Positions 1 through 8,993 of a DNA stretch of 34,539 bases are shown here, piece after piece (position 1 is the first letter of the stretch; the number at the start of each line of letters is the position of its first letter). The position numbers and the translations under genes are program-made. The notes under the pieces are model-generated. The model saw only the letters and a list, made by a program, of their open reading frames with translations. It was not told the origin of the DNA and did not search any database. Source of the stretch: a virus; UHGV virus genome UHGV-2132316; one strand, given 5' to 3'.

Positions 1-903
1 TTATGAAAGCATAGACCGTTTACCCTCCCTGGGTACGACGGAACAGGGGTCCTGATGGATAATCACATCCGATCCCGGAAAACGCCGTAAAATAGCCTGC
101 TCTACCTGATCCGCCACCATATGTGCCTGAACCAAAGGCAGAGAGTCTTCCATTTCCAAATGAATCTGAATAAAGCGGGTCGGCCCTGACTGCCGCGTGC
201 GAAGATCGTGAGCGCCGCTAACACCCGGCCAGGAAGTCACGATATCAATAATTTCTTGCCGTTCCTCATCAGGCAATGCGCGATCCAGTAATGACTGTAC
301 CGCCTCATATCCCATGCGTAACGCGCTATATAAAATATAGATGCCGATCCCCAATGCAAACAGAGCATCGGCGCGATGCCAGCCGTACCAGGACAACCCC
401 AGCGCCAGCAGAATTGCGCCGTTCATCATAACATCAGACTGGTAATGTAGCATATCAGCCCGCACCGCCTGGCTTTGCGTCCGGCGCACCACCCAACGCT
501 GAAACGAGACAAGGATAATCGTACAAATTAGCGCCACAATTGTCACGATAACCCCGACGCCTGGATCTGTCATCGGTGTTGGAGATACCAGATGTTGAAT
601 ACCCGTCAAAAACAGGAATAGTGCCGAACCGGAGATAAACATACTTTGCGCCAGCGCCGCGAGGGACTCAGCTTTACCGTGACCAAACGAGTGATTATCG
701 TCGGCAGGTTGCAGGGAATATCGCACCACCAGTAAATTCGTCAACGACGCACCGATATCCACCAGCGAATCCACCAGCGCGGCGAGAATACTCACCGACC
801 CGGTATACCACCATGCAAAAATTTTAATCAGCAATAGCAGCGAAGCCATCGCCGTCGCAGCAATCGCCGCCCGACTGACCAGCCGTCCATAAGATTGATT
901 CAT
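1..903 (-). CDS. fieF: Host cation diffusion facilitator (ferrous iron/zinc efflux pump FieF/YiiP); true start is the ATG at 903, the track ORF carries a 14-codon upstream extension
   Basis: 300-aa product from [36 protein letters not shown]... to ...[12 protein letters not shown] recognised as FieF; multiple hydrophobic TM segments; stop TAA at 1..3. Confidence 0.93.
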   Translation of the reverse strand: MNQSYGRLVSRAAIAATAMASLLLLIKIFAWWYTGSVSILAALVDSLVDIGASLTNLLVVRYSLQPADDNHSFGHGKAESLAALAQSMFISGSALFLFLTGIQHLVSPTPMTDPGVGVIVTIVALICTIILVSFQRWVVRRTQSQAVRADMLHYQSDVMMNGAILLALGLSWYGWHRADALFALGIGIYILYSALRMGYEAVQSLLDRALPDEERQEIIDIVTSWPGVSGAHDLRTRQSGPTRFIQIHLEMEDSLPLVQAHMVADQVEQAILRRFPGSDVIIHQDPCSVVPREGKRSMLS

Positions 904-984
904 AAATACTCCCGCTATCAACTGACGGTAGTATAACGGAAGCAAATCATCTGCAATGCATTAAGCAGCAGGCAAATTGAGGAT

Positions 985-1011
985 AAAAAAAACCCCCACA
1001 TCATGTGGGGG
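985..1011 (-). terminator. Rho-independent terminator-like hairpin (stem cccccaca/tgtggggg, 3-nt loop) followed on the minus strand by a U8 tract; positioned to stop leftward read-through from ogr
   Basis: A8 run 985-992 and perfect 8-bp stem 993-1000/1004-1011 read directly. Confidence 0.6.
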
Positions 1012-1128
1012 AAGACAGGGATGGGGAAAAATCTCGCCCTTAACCTTATGGAACAAAAGGATTTATCCTAAACTTCGTCTACATATTGACTACACTTCGA
1101 CAAAAGTGTCCACATAACAATGATAAAG

Positions 1129-1150
1129 CCCCGCATGTTAGTGGGGTTTT
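1129..1150. other. GC hairpin (ccccgc/gtgggg with one G-T wobble) plus T4 tract immediately outside the ogr stop; candidate prophage end (attR core) or ogr terminator
   Basis: Seen in sequence at the host-phage junction; att identity cannot be proven because attL is outside the window. Confidence 0.35.
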
Positions 1151-1151
1151 A

Positions 1152-1400
1152 TCACAATGACAGGCTTAGTTGATCCCTTCCGTAGTGAGACGCCGGAAAG
1201 GCATCGTGGGGTATGAAGTCAGGCGGTAACGGCGCAATACCTGCGCGCTTTGTGACTTCCCTTTCCACGCTATTAAGCGTGGTAAATGACCGGCTACATT
1301 CCAGATTCTGGCACTGGTGATACTGCCTGATTGTCATGTTGGTCATTCTTCGGCTGGTGCGGGTGCGGGCCATAGCGCCGCAGAATGGACATCTGAACAT
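1152..1400 (-). CDS. ogr: Ogr/Delta-family zinc-finger late-gene transcription activator
   Basis: 82 aa; MFRCPFCG...YHQCQNLECSRSF shows the Cys4 pattern of P2 Ogr; located at the prophage end after D as in P2. Confidence 0.85.
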   Translation of the reverse strand: MFRCPFCGAMARTRTSRRMTNMTIRQYHQCQNLECSRSFTTLNSVEREVTKRAGIAPLPPDFIPHDAFPASHYGRDQLSLSL

Positions 1401-1438
1401 AATGATGACTCCCCGTGAGAGTTGAACTCCATTTCATT

Positions 1439-2548
1439 TTATTCAGTTTCCGCTATCCAGTCAGGAATTTTTGCTTCAAGCTCAAGCTGCGTGGTAAAAC
1501 CGCTGTTATCAATGGTGTGCTCGGCCTTTGCAATAATCCAGTCCTGATTGTCGATGTCATTTTTGAAGCCTGTCACCGTGCCATGCATTTCAGGGTAGAG
1601 TTCTGCACGTCCACGCGCCAGCGTGATGGAGAATGATGCGGCTCCGCGTTGTAGCTGCTGCCACTTTGCCGCTGCTGCGCGTCTTGCTGCCTGCTCGTTC
1701 TGATAAGTTTTGCGTAACACAAACACATTGCCTTCCGCGCCTTCCATATAATCACCTTCACGGCTGCTGCTTTTCTCCTTTTTGGGTTTTGGCGGTTTGC
1801 GGCGTTTCACGCTGACTTTTTTCTTTTTCCCGTAATTAAGATCAAGCCAGTAAGCGCGTACCCCCGTATACGCTTCGCGGTCAGCAATGCGGAACTGATG
1901 GCGATCGCCGCTGCTGCGTGTGATGGCGAACGATGGCAACGGCTGGCCCTGTGCGTTCACGCCACCGCCGGGCATGATGAATAACAGATTACCGCTTTTT
2001 ACCGTGGTGATTGCGCCCAGCATTTCCGCCATGCGCGTAAGGAAGGACATGTCGCTTTCTTCAGTCTGGTCGGCGTGGTCGATTTCGATATCCATCAGCA
2101 TTTCGCTGATTTGCGGTTTCAGGCCGTACCGATGAGCGATGGCGGATACCACACGCTCAACGGTCACATCATGCCATGACACCTCACGTTTAACGTTAAA
2201 TTCATCCCGAAAATCTGCGCTTCTGGCTGAAACAGTCAGCCTGTCCGGCGGTCCTTCGTGAGCGATTTCATCAACAATGTAAGTGCCTTTTTCTGTCAGC
2301 GGTTCTCCTTTCCAGCCAATGAGAACCGTCAGGCGCGCGCCCCGTGGCGGTAGCTGCAACTGACCATCCGCATCATCCAGCGTGATGGTGAGCTGGTCCG
2401 CCTCAAATCCCCGGTTGTCGGTCAGTGACAGGCTCATCAGGCGCTCTGCCACGCCTGACAGCGTTTTACCCTCCGCGAGAATATCAAAATCCGGCATTTT
2501 CACGGGGTCTGTGCCCTGACTGAGCAATTGCATGGTGGTGTCGGTCAT
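1439..2548 (-). CDS. D: P2 gpD-like tail protein (late tail gene D)
   Basis: Long ORF with gpD-like sequence; start chosen at ATG 2548 (MTDTTMQLL...) because of strong RBS AGGGAGGG just upstream; track ORF extends 7 codons further to 2569. Confidence 0.88.
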   Translation of the reverse strand: MTDTTMQLLSQGTDPVKMPDFDILAEGKTLSGVAERLMSLSLTDNRGFEADQLTITLDDADGQLQLPPRGARLTVLIGWKGEPLTEKGTYIVDEIAHEGPPDRLTVSARSADFRDEFNVKREVSWHDVTVERVVSAIAHRYGLKPQISEMLMDIEIDHADQTEESDMSFLTRMAEMLGAITTVKSGNLLFIMPGGGVNAQGQPLPSFAITRSSGDRHQFRIADREAYTGVRAYWLDLNYGKKKKVSVKRRKPPKPKKEKSSSREGDYMEGAEGNVFVLRKTYQNEQAARRAAAAKWQQLQRGAASFSITLARGRAELYPEMHGTVTGFKNDIDNQDWIIAKAEHTIDNSGFTTQLELEAKIPDWIAETE

Positions 2549-2704
2549 CTTTCCCTCCCTGTGCGGCATGGTCGCATGTGCGTGCGGAGGGGGTTACTGC
2601 TTTTTGTTGTCGCCGGGTCGGGAGAACGGCGCAGGGGTGAGATTACGCGCGTGGTGGGTGATGATTGTTGCCGAATCATTTAACGGATACAAGGGGCTGA
2701 AGCT
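2549..2704. promoter_or_regulatory. Divergent D / FI intergenic region; must carry the FI-operon late promoter and whatever drives D; contains TTTTGTTGT-N11-GAGAACGG (2602..2629)
   Basis: 156-bp non-coding spacer between divergent starts; element shared with the O/P divergent promoter region (21634..21661). Confidence 0.4.
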
Positions 2705-3889
2705 ATGAGTGAAACTCGTTTTCATGGTGCCCGTGTTACGGAAAATACCGACCTGGTAACAGCGATTAACGATGTTGATTCCAGCGTTATCGGTATCGTG
2801 GCAACGGCGGATGATGCGGACGCGAAGCTGTTCCCGCTGAACAAGCCCACACTGCTGACCCGCGTCAATGACGTGCTGGGAAAATGCGGAACAACGGGGA
2901 CGCTTTATCGTGCGCTTAAGGCCATCGCAGACCAGGTGAGCACAAAGGTGATCGTCGTTCGCGTGGCTGAACACAAAGAAGAAGACGGAAAGACGCAGGA
3001 TCAACTGGTTATCGGTGGTTCTGAGGATGACGGCAGCTATACGGGGATGTATGCGCTGCTTGTTGCAGAGCAGGATGAAAGCATCGGATACCGTCCGCGT
3101 ATTCTGGCCGCGCCGGAGCTGGACACGGAGGCGGTAACAAAATCCCTGTGCGTGATTGCGGGTAAACTGCGCGCGTTTGTGTATGCCACATGTCATGGTT
3201 GTAACACGATGGCTGAGGCGATTACCTACCGCCAGAAATTCAACGAACGTGAGGTGATGCTCTTATGGCCTGACTTCATCGCCTACAACCCGAAAAGTGG
3301 CAAAAACGAAACGTTCCCCGCGCCTGCTTATGCGTGCGGCCTTCGTGCGTACATTGACCATGAGCAGGGCTGGCACAAATCGCTGTCCAACGTTCCGGTT
3401 AAAAATGTGCTGGGAATGTCCAGGCATGTGTTCTGGTCGTTGCAGGCCGAAGACAGTGATGCCAACAGCCTCAATAACAAAGAAATCACGACCATTATTC
3501 GTCGCAACGGGTTCCGCTTCTGGGGCAACCGCACACCGGAAACGAACGCCTACATCTTTGAGGTGTATACCCGAACCGCACAGGTGCTGGCTGATTCAAT
3601 TGCGGAAGCGCAGTTTGAAACCATCGACAGTCCACTGACGCCTGCGAACGTGAAGGATGTTATCAGTGCCATCAGGGCAAAACTGGATTCGCTGGTTACT
3701 GCCGGGAAACTGATTGGTGCGGAGTGCTGGTATGACGTGGTGGATAACGGCACCACGAATTTACGTCAGGGACGTGTGCGTATTCGCTACAAATATACGC
3801 CCGTTCCGCCACTGGAAGACATGGAGCTTTACCAGACGTTTACTGATGAATTCTTTGGTCCCGCATTTGCGGTGCTGGGAGGTGCCTGA
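2705..3889 (+). CDS. FI: Contractile tail sheath protein (P2 gpFI-like)
   Basis: 394 aa; strong similarity to remembered P2 FI (e.g. ...TFPLNKP..., ...WPDF..., GWHKSLSNV, IRRNGFRFWGNRT, YTPVPPLE); RBS AAGGGG upstream. Confidence 0.92.
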   Translation: MSETRFHGARVTENTDLVTAINDVDSSVIGIVATADDADAKLFPLNKPTLLTRVNDVLGKCGTTGTLYRALKAIADQVSTKVIVVRVAEHKEEDGKTQDQLVIGGSEDDGSYTGMYALLVAEQDESIGYRPRILAAPELDTEAVTKSLCVIAGKLRAFVYATCHGCNTMAEAITYRQKFNEREVMLLWPDFIAYNPKSGKNETFPAPAYACGLRAYIDHEQGWHKSLSNVPVKNVLGMSRHVFWSLQAEDSDANSLNNKEITTIIRRNGFRFWGNRTPETNAYIFEVYTRTAQVLADSIAEAQFETIDSPLTPANVKDVISAIRAKLDSLVTAGKLIGAECWYDVVDNGTTNLRQGRVRIRYKYTPVPPLEDMELYQTFTDEFFGPAFAVLGGA

Positions 3890-4401
3890 TGGCTGTACCA
3901 AAACATCTTCGCTTTTTTACGTTGTTTGTGGATGGTGAAAACGAAGTGGGTAAAGTGACATCCGTCACGCCGCCCAAACTGACGCGCAAAACCGACAGCT
4001 ATCGTGGTGGTGGCATGATGGGGGCGGTAAGTATTGATCTCGGTCTGGACGACTCCGCGCTTGATGCGAGTTTTGTTATGGGGGGAGCTGTTCGTGCGCT
4101 GTTCCTTAAATATGGCGGCACGATTGACGGCACGCTGCTGCGTTTTGCGGGTGAATACTACACCGATGCAGAAAGCGATCTGTATGAAATCGAGATGCGC
4201 GGACGTGTGACGGAAATTGATATGGGGGAAGCCAAACAGGGCGAAGCCACATCACACACTTACGCTGTCAAAAACACCTACTACAAGCTGAGCGTTAACG
4301 ATCGCCCGCTGTGGGAAATCGACCTGTTGAACCACATCTACCGGAAGGACGGCAAGGACATTGTGCCTGACCGTATCCGTTCCGCGCTTGGGCTTGGCTG
4401 A
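3889..4401 (+). CDS. FII: Tail tube protein (P2 gpFII-like)
   Basis: 170 aa ORF; start overlaps the FI stop (TGATG); position and size match gpFII. Confidence 0.88.
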   Translation: MAVPKHLRFFTLFVDGENEVGKVTSVTPPKLTRKTDSYRGGGMMGAVSIDLGLDDSALDASFVMGGAVRALFLKYGGTIDGTLLRFAGEYYTDAESDLYEIEMRGRVTEIDMGEAKQGEATSHTYAVKNTYYKLSVNDRPLWEIDLLNHIYRKDGKDIVPDRIRSALGLG

Positions 4402-4456
4402 TAAGTAATATGCAGGCGGCGCAGTGCGTCGCCTCTGACTGAAAAGGAGACAACTG

Positions 4457-4831
4457 ATGAAAGACATCGATACTGAAACCCGGAATAACACCGTGGCGGA
4501 TGATGTGACGGCAGGTGAGGATATGGCTGTCGAACGTGGCGTAAAACTGACCCGACCAATTGAGCGTGGTGGCGAAAAAATCACGTATGTGGAGATCACC
4601 GGGGCTATTGAACAGGCTGGATCCCTGCGTGGTCTGTCGCTGTCTGATGTGCTGAATCTGAAAGCGGATACCATGTTCACGCTGTTGCCTCGCGTGACCT
4701 CGCCACGACTGGATGAAGTGATGATTAAAAAAATGTCGTCACGCGATTTTATTCAGTTGTGCGCTGTGGCTGTAAATTTTATGAGCGAGCCAGACTCTGG
4801 CGCGAAGAGCGTGCAGGAGACGGCGGCGTAA
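4457..4831 (+). CDS. E: Tail assembly chaperone gpE (0-frame product)
   Basis: ATG preceded by AAGGAG RBS; sits between tube and tape-measure genes; overlapping -1 frame ORF follows (E'). Confidence 0.8.
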   Translation: MKDIDTETRNNTVADDVTAGEDMAVERGVKLTRPIERGGEKITYVEITGAIEQAGSLRGLSLSDVLNLKADTMFTLLPRVTSPRLDEVMIKKMSSRDFIQLCAVAVNFMSEPDSGAKSVQETAA

Positions 4832-4995
4832 TCACCCTGGTGTGCTTTGATCACATCGAAGATCTGGTGGCAGATATCGCCGCCATTTTTAACTGGTCGC
4901 CCGCCGAAATCTTCATGATGACGCCCGGCGAAGTGGTTAGCTGGCGTGAGCGGGCGGCACTTCGCAGCGGGAATGCAGACAATGAAGACTCTTGA
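4457..4995 (+). CDS. E+E': gpE+E' fusion produced by -1 programmed ribosomal frameshift (candidate slip sites A7 run 4727..4733 or A_AAT_TTT 4774..4780)
   Basis: -1 frame is open from 4729 (after TAA 4726-4728) to 4995 and overlaps the T start; conserved G/GT-type arrangement in tailed phages. Confidence 0.6.
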
Positions 4996-7789
4996 TATCC
5001 GGGTCGCTTTCAGCGCCGTTGACAGGCTGACCCGACCTGCCGAAAACGCCCGCCGCCTGATGGGGCAGTTTGGTGACTCCATCCAGCGAACGCAGGGGGC
5101 GATCAAAAATCTCGAGCGTCAGGCGCGATCATTTGAGCGCGCCCGCGACGCTGTCAGTAAAGCGGATGCGGGCATCGTGAAAGCACGACGCCAGCTTAAC
5201 GCCCTTAATCAGTTACAACGCACGGGTACAGTGCTCAGCGAAAAACAACAAAAGCTGATGCAGCAGTTAAGCACCCGGCTTGAACGCCTGAATGAATCGC
5301 GTACACGGGAAATTCAGAAAATGCGGGAGCTTGGCGGAGAGCTGAAACGCCACGGCATTTCCCTGACAGGCAGCGATAACACCATCCAGCAGGCCATCAG
5401 ACGCACCGAACAGTACAACAACCAGCTTGAACGCGAACGGCAGGCGCTTGCGCGTGTAACGCGGGCGCGTGAGCGGTATTCGCGCGCGCAGGAAACAGCG
5501 GGAAAACTGAAAACAGGTGGTGCGCTGGCAATTGGTGCGGCAGCGGCGGGCGGCTATGCTGCCGGGCGTTTTTTGCAGCCTGCGATCGGGTTCGGGAAAG
5601 AGATGTCCCGCGTTCAGGCGCTGACGCGAATCGACCAGAACAGCCCACAGTTTAAGGCGCTGCGTGAGCAGGCGTTAAAACTTGGCTCTGAAACGCAGTT
5701 CACCGCTGGAGATGCCGCCAGTGGACAGGCATTTCTTGCAATGGCTGGCTTCACACCACAGGCCATTCAGGCTGCGCTTCCCGGTGTGCTGAGCATGGCA
5801 ACGGCTGGCGGTATGGATCTCGGCGAGACGGCGGATATTGGCTCAAACATCCTGACGCAGTTCGGCCTTTCTGCCGACCAGATGGACCGGGTCGGTGACA
5901 CGCTCACCGCAGCGTTTACCCGTACCAACACTGACCTTCGCGCACTGGGCGAAACCATGAAATATGCAGGTCCGGTGGCGGGCAAGCTGGGAATATCGCT
6001 GGAGCAGGCCGCAGCGATGGCGGGCGTGCTGGCGAATATGGGTATCAGGGGAAGTGATGCCGGGACGGCAATGCGTGCCAGCCTGGCTCGTCTGGCATCA
6101 CCGCCAAAGGCGGCAGCAGAGGCGCTGAAAGAGCTTGGTGTGGCAGTCTCTGACGCGAACGGCAAAATGCGCCCGATGGAGGATGTGCTGGCCGATCTTT
6201 ATAAAGCCACCCGCAAATACGGGGAAGTTGACCGGGTATCGTTCTTTAAGGACATTGCCGGAGAAGAGGCTTTCACATCGTTTATGGCGCTCGTTGATGC
6301 AGCGGGTGACGGTTCCTTACCTAAACTGAGAAAAGAACTTGAAGGCGCACGCGGTGAGGCTGAACGCACAGCAAAGGTTATGGCCAACAACCTTGATGGC
6401 GATCTGAAATCACTCGGCAGTGCATGGGAAGGGTTGCGCATCCGCATTGCAGATCTGATTGACGGTCCGCTGCGTTCTGTCACGCAGTGGCTCACGCGGG
6501 TGGTATCAAGGGTGACGGCGCTGGCGCAGGCCCATCCGGCACTGACGCGCCAGCTACTGATAGCAGGCGGTGCGTTGCTGGCAATGACTGCAACGATTGG
6601 CTCGTTGTCGCTGGTTATTGGCGTGCTTCACGGGAAACTGGCCACGTTACGTCTTGGTTTTTCTCTCCTGACCGGATCAATGAATGTCGTCAGGGTGCTG
6701 CCAGCACTATGGGGAATGGTAACAGGTTCCATCTCGTTGCTGGGTGGCGCTATCGGGGCGCTGTTCAGTCCGGTCGGATTGATTGTTGCCGCGTTTGTGG
6801 CTGCGGCGGTTCTCATCTGGAAATACTGGGAACCCATCAAGGCGTTTTATGCCGGGGTGTTCAGTGGGATTATGGAACGGCTGGCTCCGTTGCGCGAAAC
6901 CTTTGAACGGTTTGGTCCTGTTTTTGATGTCGTGCGCGATGGGATTATTCAGCTCTTTAACTGGTTTAAATCGCTGCTGTCACCGATGGAGTCCAGCAAG
7001 GAAACGCTGGATAAATGCACCAGTGCTGGCGAGATATTCGGTAACGTTCTTGGTGGCGCGCTACAGCTTGTTCTGACGCCTGCAAAAATGCTGCTGGATA
7101 CGCTGGCGTGGATACTTGAAAAACTCGGTGTGCTTCCGGATGAAGCGGAAAGGGCGAGAAAGAAAATCGAAGACGCACAGCGTGCGGCCATTCTTCAGGA
7201 CAAGGTTGCCTTGCTTCAGGGGGACCTGGCGAAAATCAATCCGCCGAAGCCTGTAGAAAATGGCAATGGCACCGGAGGTGATAACCCCAAAGACAATAAA
7301 CCGCTCACAGACAGCAATACTGGTACGCTGCGCAGACTCAGCAAAATTGCTGATAACACAGGTAAGCTGGTTGATGAGACGAAAAAACGCATTGGCCCCG
7401 GCGATATTGTCTTTAAGAACCTGCCCCGCGCACTTGCTGTTCGTGGGGAGTGGCAGGAGCGGAAGATTGCGCAGGTCAGTAAGCCTGCCCCCGCAATTAA
7501 TATCACACCCGTGGTCCCGGCTCCGCTGCCTCCGGCGCTGGTCCCTGTTGTTGCGGCCAGCTCCCGCCCGGTGGCGGAGGCCATACGATCTCCAGTGGCA
7601 TCAGTTCCTGTAACTTCCCGTAACCGGGAGCCTGTTGCCTCAGGATTTGGCGGTGAAATTCATGTTCATCTGCATAACGTCGTTACACAGAATCCCCGCG
7701 AACTGGCGAAACTGGTCGGTGAAATGGTCAGGGCAGAAATGGAACGGCGCGCCCGTGCCGGGCGTGGCAGTTTTTACGATAAAGATTGA
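4946..7789 (+). CDS. T: Tail tape-measure protein (gpT-like); start uncertain (GTG 4946, ATG 4973 or ATG 4982)
   Basis: 947-aa ORF with coiled-coil rich N-terminus, Gly/Ala-rich and hydrophobic central segments typical of tape-measure proteins; position after E/E'. Confidence 0.9.
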   Translation: MSGRHFAAGMQTMKTLDIRVAFSAVDRLTRPAENARRLMGQFGDSIQRTQGAIKNLERQARSFERARDAVSKADAGIVKARRQLNALNQLQRTGTVLSEKQQKLMQQLSTRLERLNESRTREIQKMRELGGELKRHGISLTGSDNTIQQAIRRTEQYNNQLERERQALARVTRARERYSRAQETAGKLKTGGALAIGAAAAGGYAAGRFLQPAIGFGKEMSRVQALTRIDQNSPQFKALREQALKLGSETQFTAGDAASGQAFLAMAGFTPQAIQAALPGVLSMATAGGMDLGETADIGSNILTQFGLSADQMDRVGDTLTAAFTRTNTDLRALGETMKYAGPVAGKLGISLEQAAAMAGVLANMGIRGSDAGTAMRASLARLASPPKAAAEALKELGVAVSDANGKMRPMEDVLADLYKATRKYGEVDRVSFFKDIAGEEAFTSFMALVDAAGDGSLPKLRKELEGARGEAERTAKVMANNLDGDLKSLGSAWEGLRIRIADLIDGPLRSVTQWLTRVVSRVTALAQAHPALTRQLLIAGGALLAMTATIGSLSLVIGVLHGKLATLRLGFSLLTGSMNVVRVLPALWGMVTGSISLLGGAIGALFSPVGLIVAAFVAAAVLIWKYWEPIKAFYAGVFSGIMERLAPLRETFERFGPVFDVVRDGIIQLFNWFKSLLSPMESSKETLDKCTSAGEIFGNVLGGALQLVLTPAKMLLDTLAWILEKLGVLPDEAERARKKIEDAQRAAILQDKVALLQGDLAKINPPKPVENGNGTGGDNPKDNKPLTDSNTGTLRRLSKIADNTGKLVDETKKRIGPGDIVFKNLPRALAVRGEWQERKIAQVSKPAPAINITPVVPAPLPPALVPVVAASSRPVAEAIRSPVASVPVTSRNREPVASGFGGEIHVHLHNVVTQNPRELAKLVGEMVRAEMERRARAGRGSFYDKD

Positions 7790-7801
7790 GGAGTCATGGC
7801 T

Positions 7802-8290
7802 ATGATGATGATCTACGGCATGTTTGTTTTTGAGCTGCGCACGCTGCCGCATCAGCAGTTACAGCAAAACAAAAGCTGGCGGCATGTGAAAAATGAACGC
7901 GTTAACCGTTCAGCAAGCTGGCAGTATATCGGTGCAGGTGATGATCGCATCGTTCTTTCTGGTGTGCTTTATCCTGAAATTACAGGTGGCGAAGTGTCGC
8001 TGTCGCTGCTGACCACGCAGGCGTATACAGGACGACCCTGGCCTTTGATTGATGGCGTCGGGCAGATTTACGGCATGTATGTCCTGACCGGAACGAATAC
8101 GACCCGTTCCGAGTTTGATCGCTACGGTAAGGCGAAAAAGATAGAATTTTCACTGACCCTTGAACGCTGTGATGAGGATTTGCGGGAGCGCCTGCAATCC
8201 TCATCGTTCAGTGATATGCTGTCCGGCTTCAAAGATAAGGTGACATCATCTCTTAACAGCGCGGCCAGTTCAGTTAAAGGGCTGTTCTGA
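7802..8290 (+). CDS. U: Tail protein gpU-like
   Basis: Start placed at ATG 7802 (GAGGAG RBS 8 nt upstream; track start 7796 is only 2 nt from the RBS); P2-U-like sequence. Confidence 0.85.
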   Translation: MMMIYGMFVFELRTLPHQQLQQNKSWRHVKNERVNRSASWQYIGAGDDRIVLSGVLYPEITGGEVSLSLLTTQAYTGRPWPLIDGVGQIYGMYVLTGTNTTRSEFDRYGKAKKIEFSLTLERCDEDLRERLQSSSFSDMLSGFKDKVTSSLNSAASSVKGLF

Positions 8291-8296
8291 TTTAAC

Positions 8297-8337
8297 ACAA
8301 AAACCGCTAATGGTCAGATTAGCGGTTATTTTGTTTT
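8297..8337. terminator. Bidirectional rho-independent terminator between convergent U and invertase genes (stem accgctaat/attagcggt, loop ggtcag, A-run on one side and T-run on the other)
   Basis: Perfect 9-bp stem read directly; the invertase stop codon lies within the 3' arm. Confidence 0.7.
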
Positions 8338-8913
8338 CTGACTCTTCTCTATTGTTCCGCTTGATTCTCCTGCGGGGTGGTAACGATAAATCGTCGATGT
8401 ACCAATGCCGTAAATTATTGCCAGTTGTTTTCTGTCGTGACCGTTTTTAATCAGCCTTGCTATTTGCTCATGCTGTTCTTTTGTCAGCTTCGGTCGACGT
8501 CCGCCTGTGCGCCCCCGTGCGCGCGCTGCCGCCAGTCCGGCCAGTGTACGTTCAACAATTAATTCACGTTCCATTTCAGCCAGGGCACCCATCACGTGGA
8601 AGAAAAAACGCCCCATTGGAGAAGATGTATCTATGCTGTCGGTCAGACTGCGAAAATTAATCCCTCGCTCCCGTAGTTCTCCGACGAGAGAAATCAGATG
8701 TTTCATGCTTCGCCCAAGGCGATCCAGTTTCCAGACAACCAGCGTGTCACCTTTTTGAAGCCGCTTTAAAGCGCGTTTTAATCCCGGTCGGTCTGTCTTT
8801 GTCCCGCTTAATTTATCTTCAAATATTTGTTCACATCCTGCACAAACAAGAGCGTTTCGTTGCAGGTCTGTATTCTGGTCATTTGTTGATACCCTTACAT
8901 AACCAATCAGCAC
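8326..8913 (-). CDS. Serine-recombinase DNA invertase of the Hin/Gin/Cin/Pin family; start at GTG 8913 (GGGAG RBS), track ORF starts at an upstream TTG
   Basis: LIGYVRVSTNDQNTDLQRNAL...GDTLVVWKLDRLGRSMKHL... near-identical in the catalytic domain to remembered Pin; C-terminal HTH region. Confidence 0.92.
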   Translation of the reverse strand: MLIGYVRVSTNDQNTDLQRNALVCAGCEQIFEDKLSGTKTDRPGLKRALKRLQKGDTLVVWKLDRLGRSMKHLISLVGELRERGINFRSLTDSIDTSSPMGRFFFHVMGALAEMERELIVERTLAGLAAARARGRTGGRRPKLTKEQHEQIARLIKNGHDRKQLAIIYGIGTSTIYRYHPAGESSGTIEKSQKTK

Positions 8914-8967
8914 ACTGAATCTCCCGTCCAAAAGCGCAAATCATGCCATGCAGGCCGGAAACGGCCA

Positions 8968-8993
8968 TTATCTAAAACCTCGGTTTACAGGAA
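8968..8993. other. gix/hix-like 26-bp recombination site (left): TTATCTAAAACC-TC-GGTTTACAGGAA
   Basis: Matches the Gin/Hin/Cin/Pin crossover-site consensus; contains the in-frame stop TAA (8973-8975) that closes the silent cassette frame on the outside. Confidence 0.8.

Noticed and set aside
1-945. Track ORF start for fieF at 945 ([14 protein letters not shown] extension)
   Set aside because: FieF begins MNQSYGRL...; the upstream 14 codons are an ORF-caller extension with no start context.
2549-2704. Canonical TGT-N12-ACA Ogr-binding dyad in the D/FI spacer
   Set aside because: Searched by eye on both strands and not found; a different shared element is reported instead. My recollection of the consensus may be imperfect.
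2594-3196. 200-aa minus-strand ORF antisense to the tail sheath gene FI
   Set aside because: Fully embedded antisense in a well-supported gene; Cys/Arg-rich low-complexity translation; no RBS or motif.
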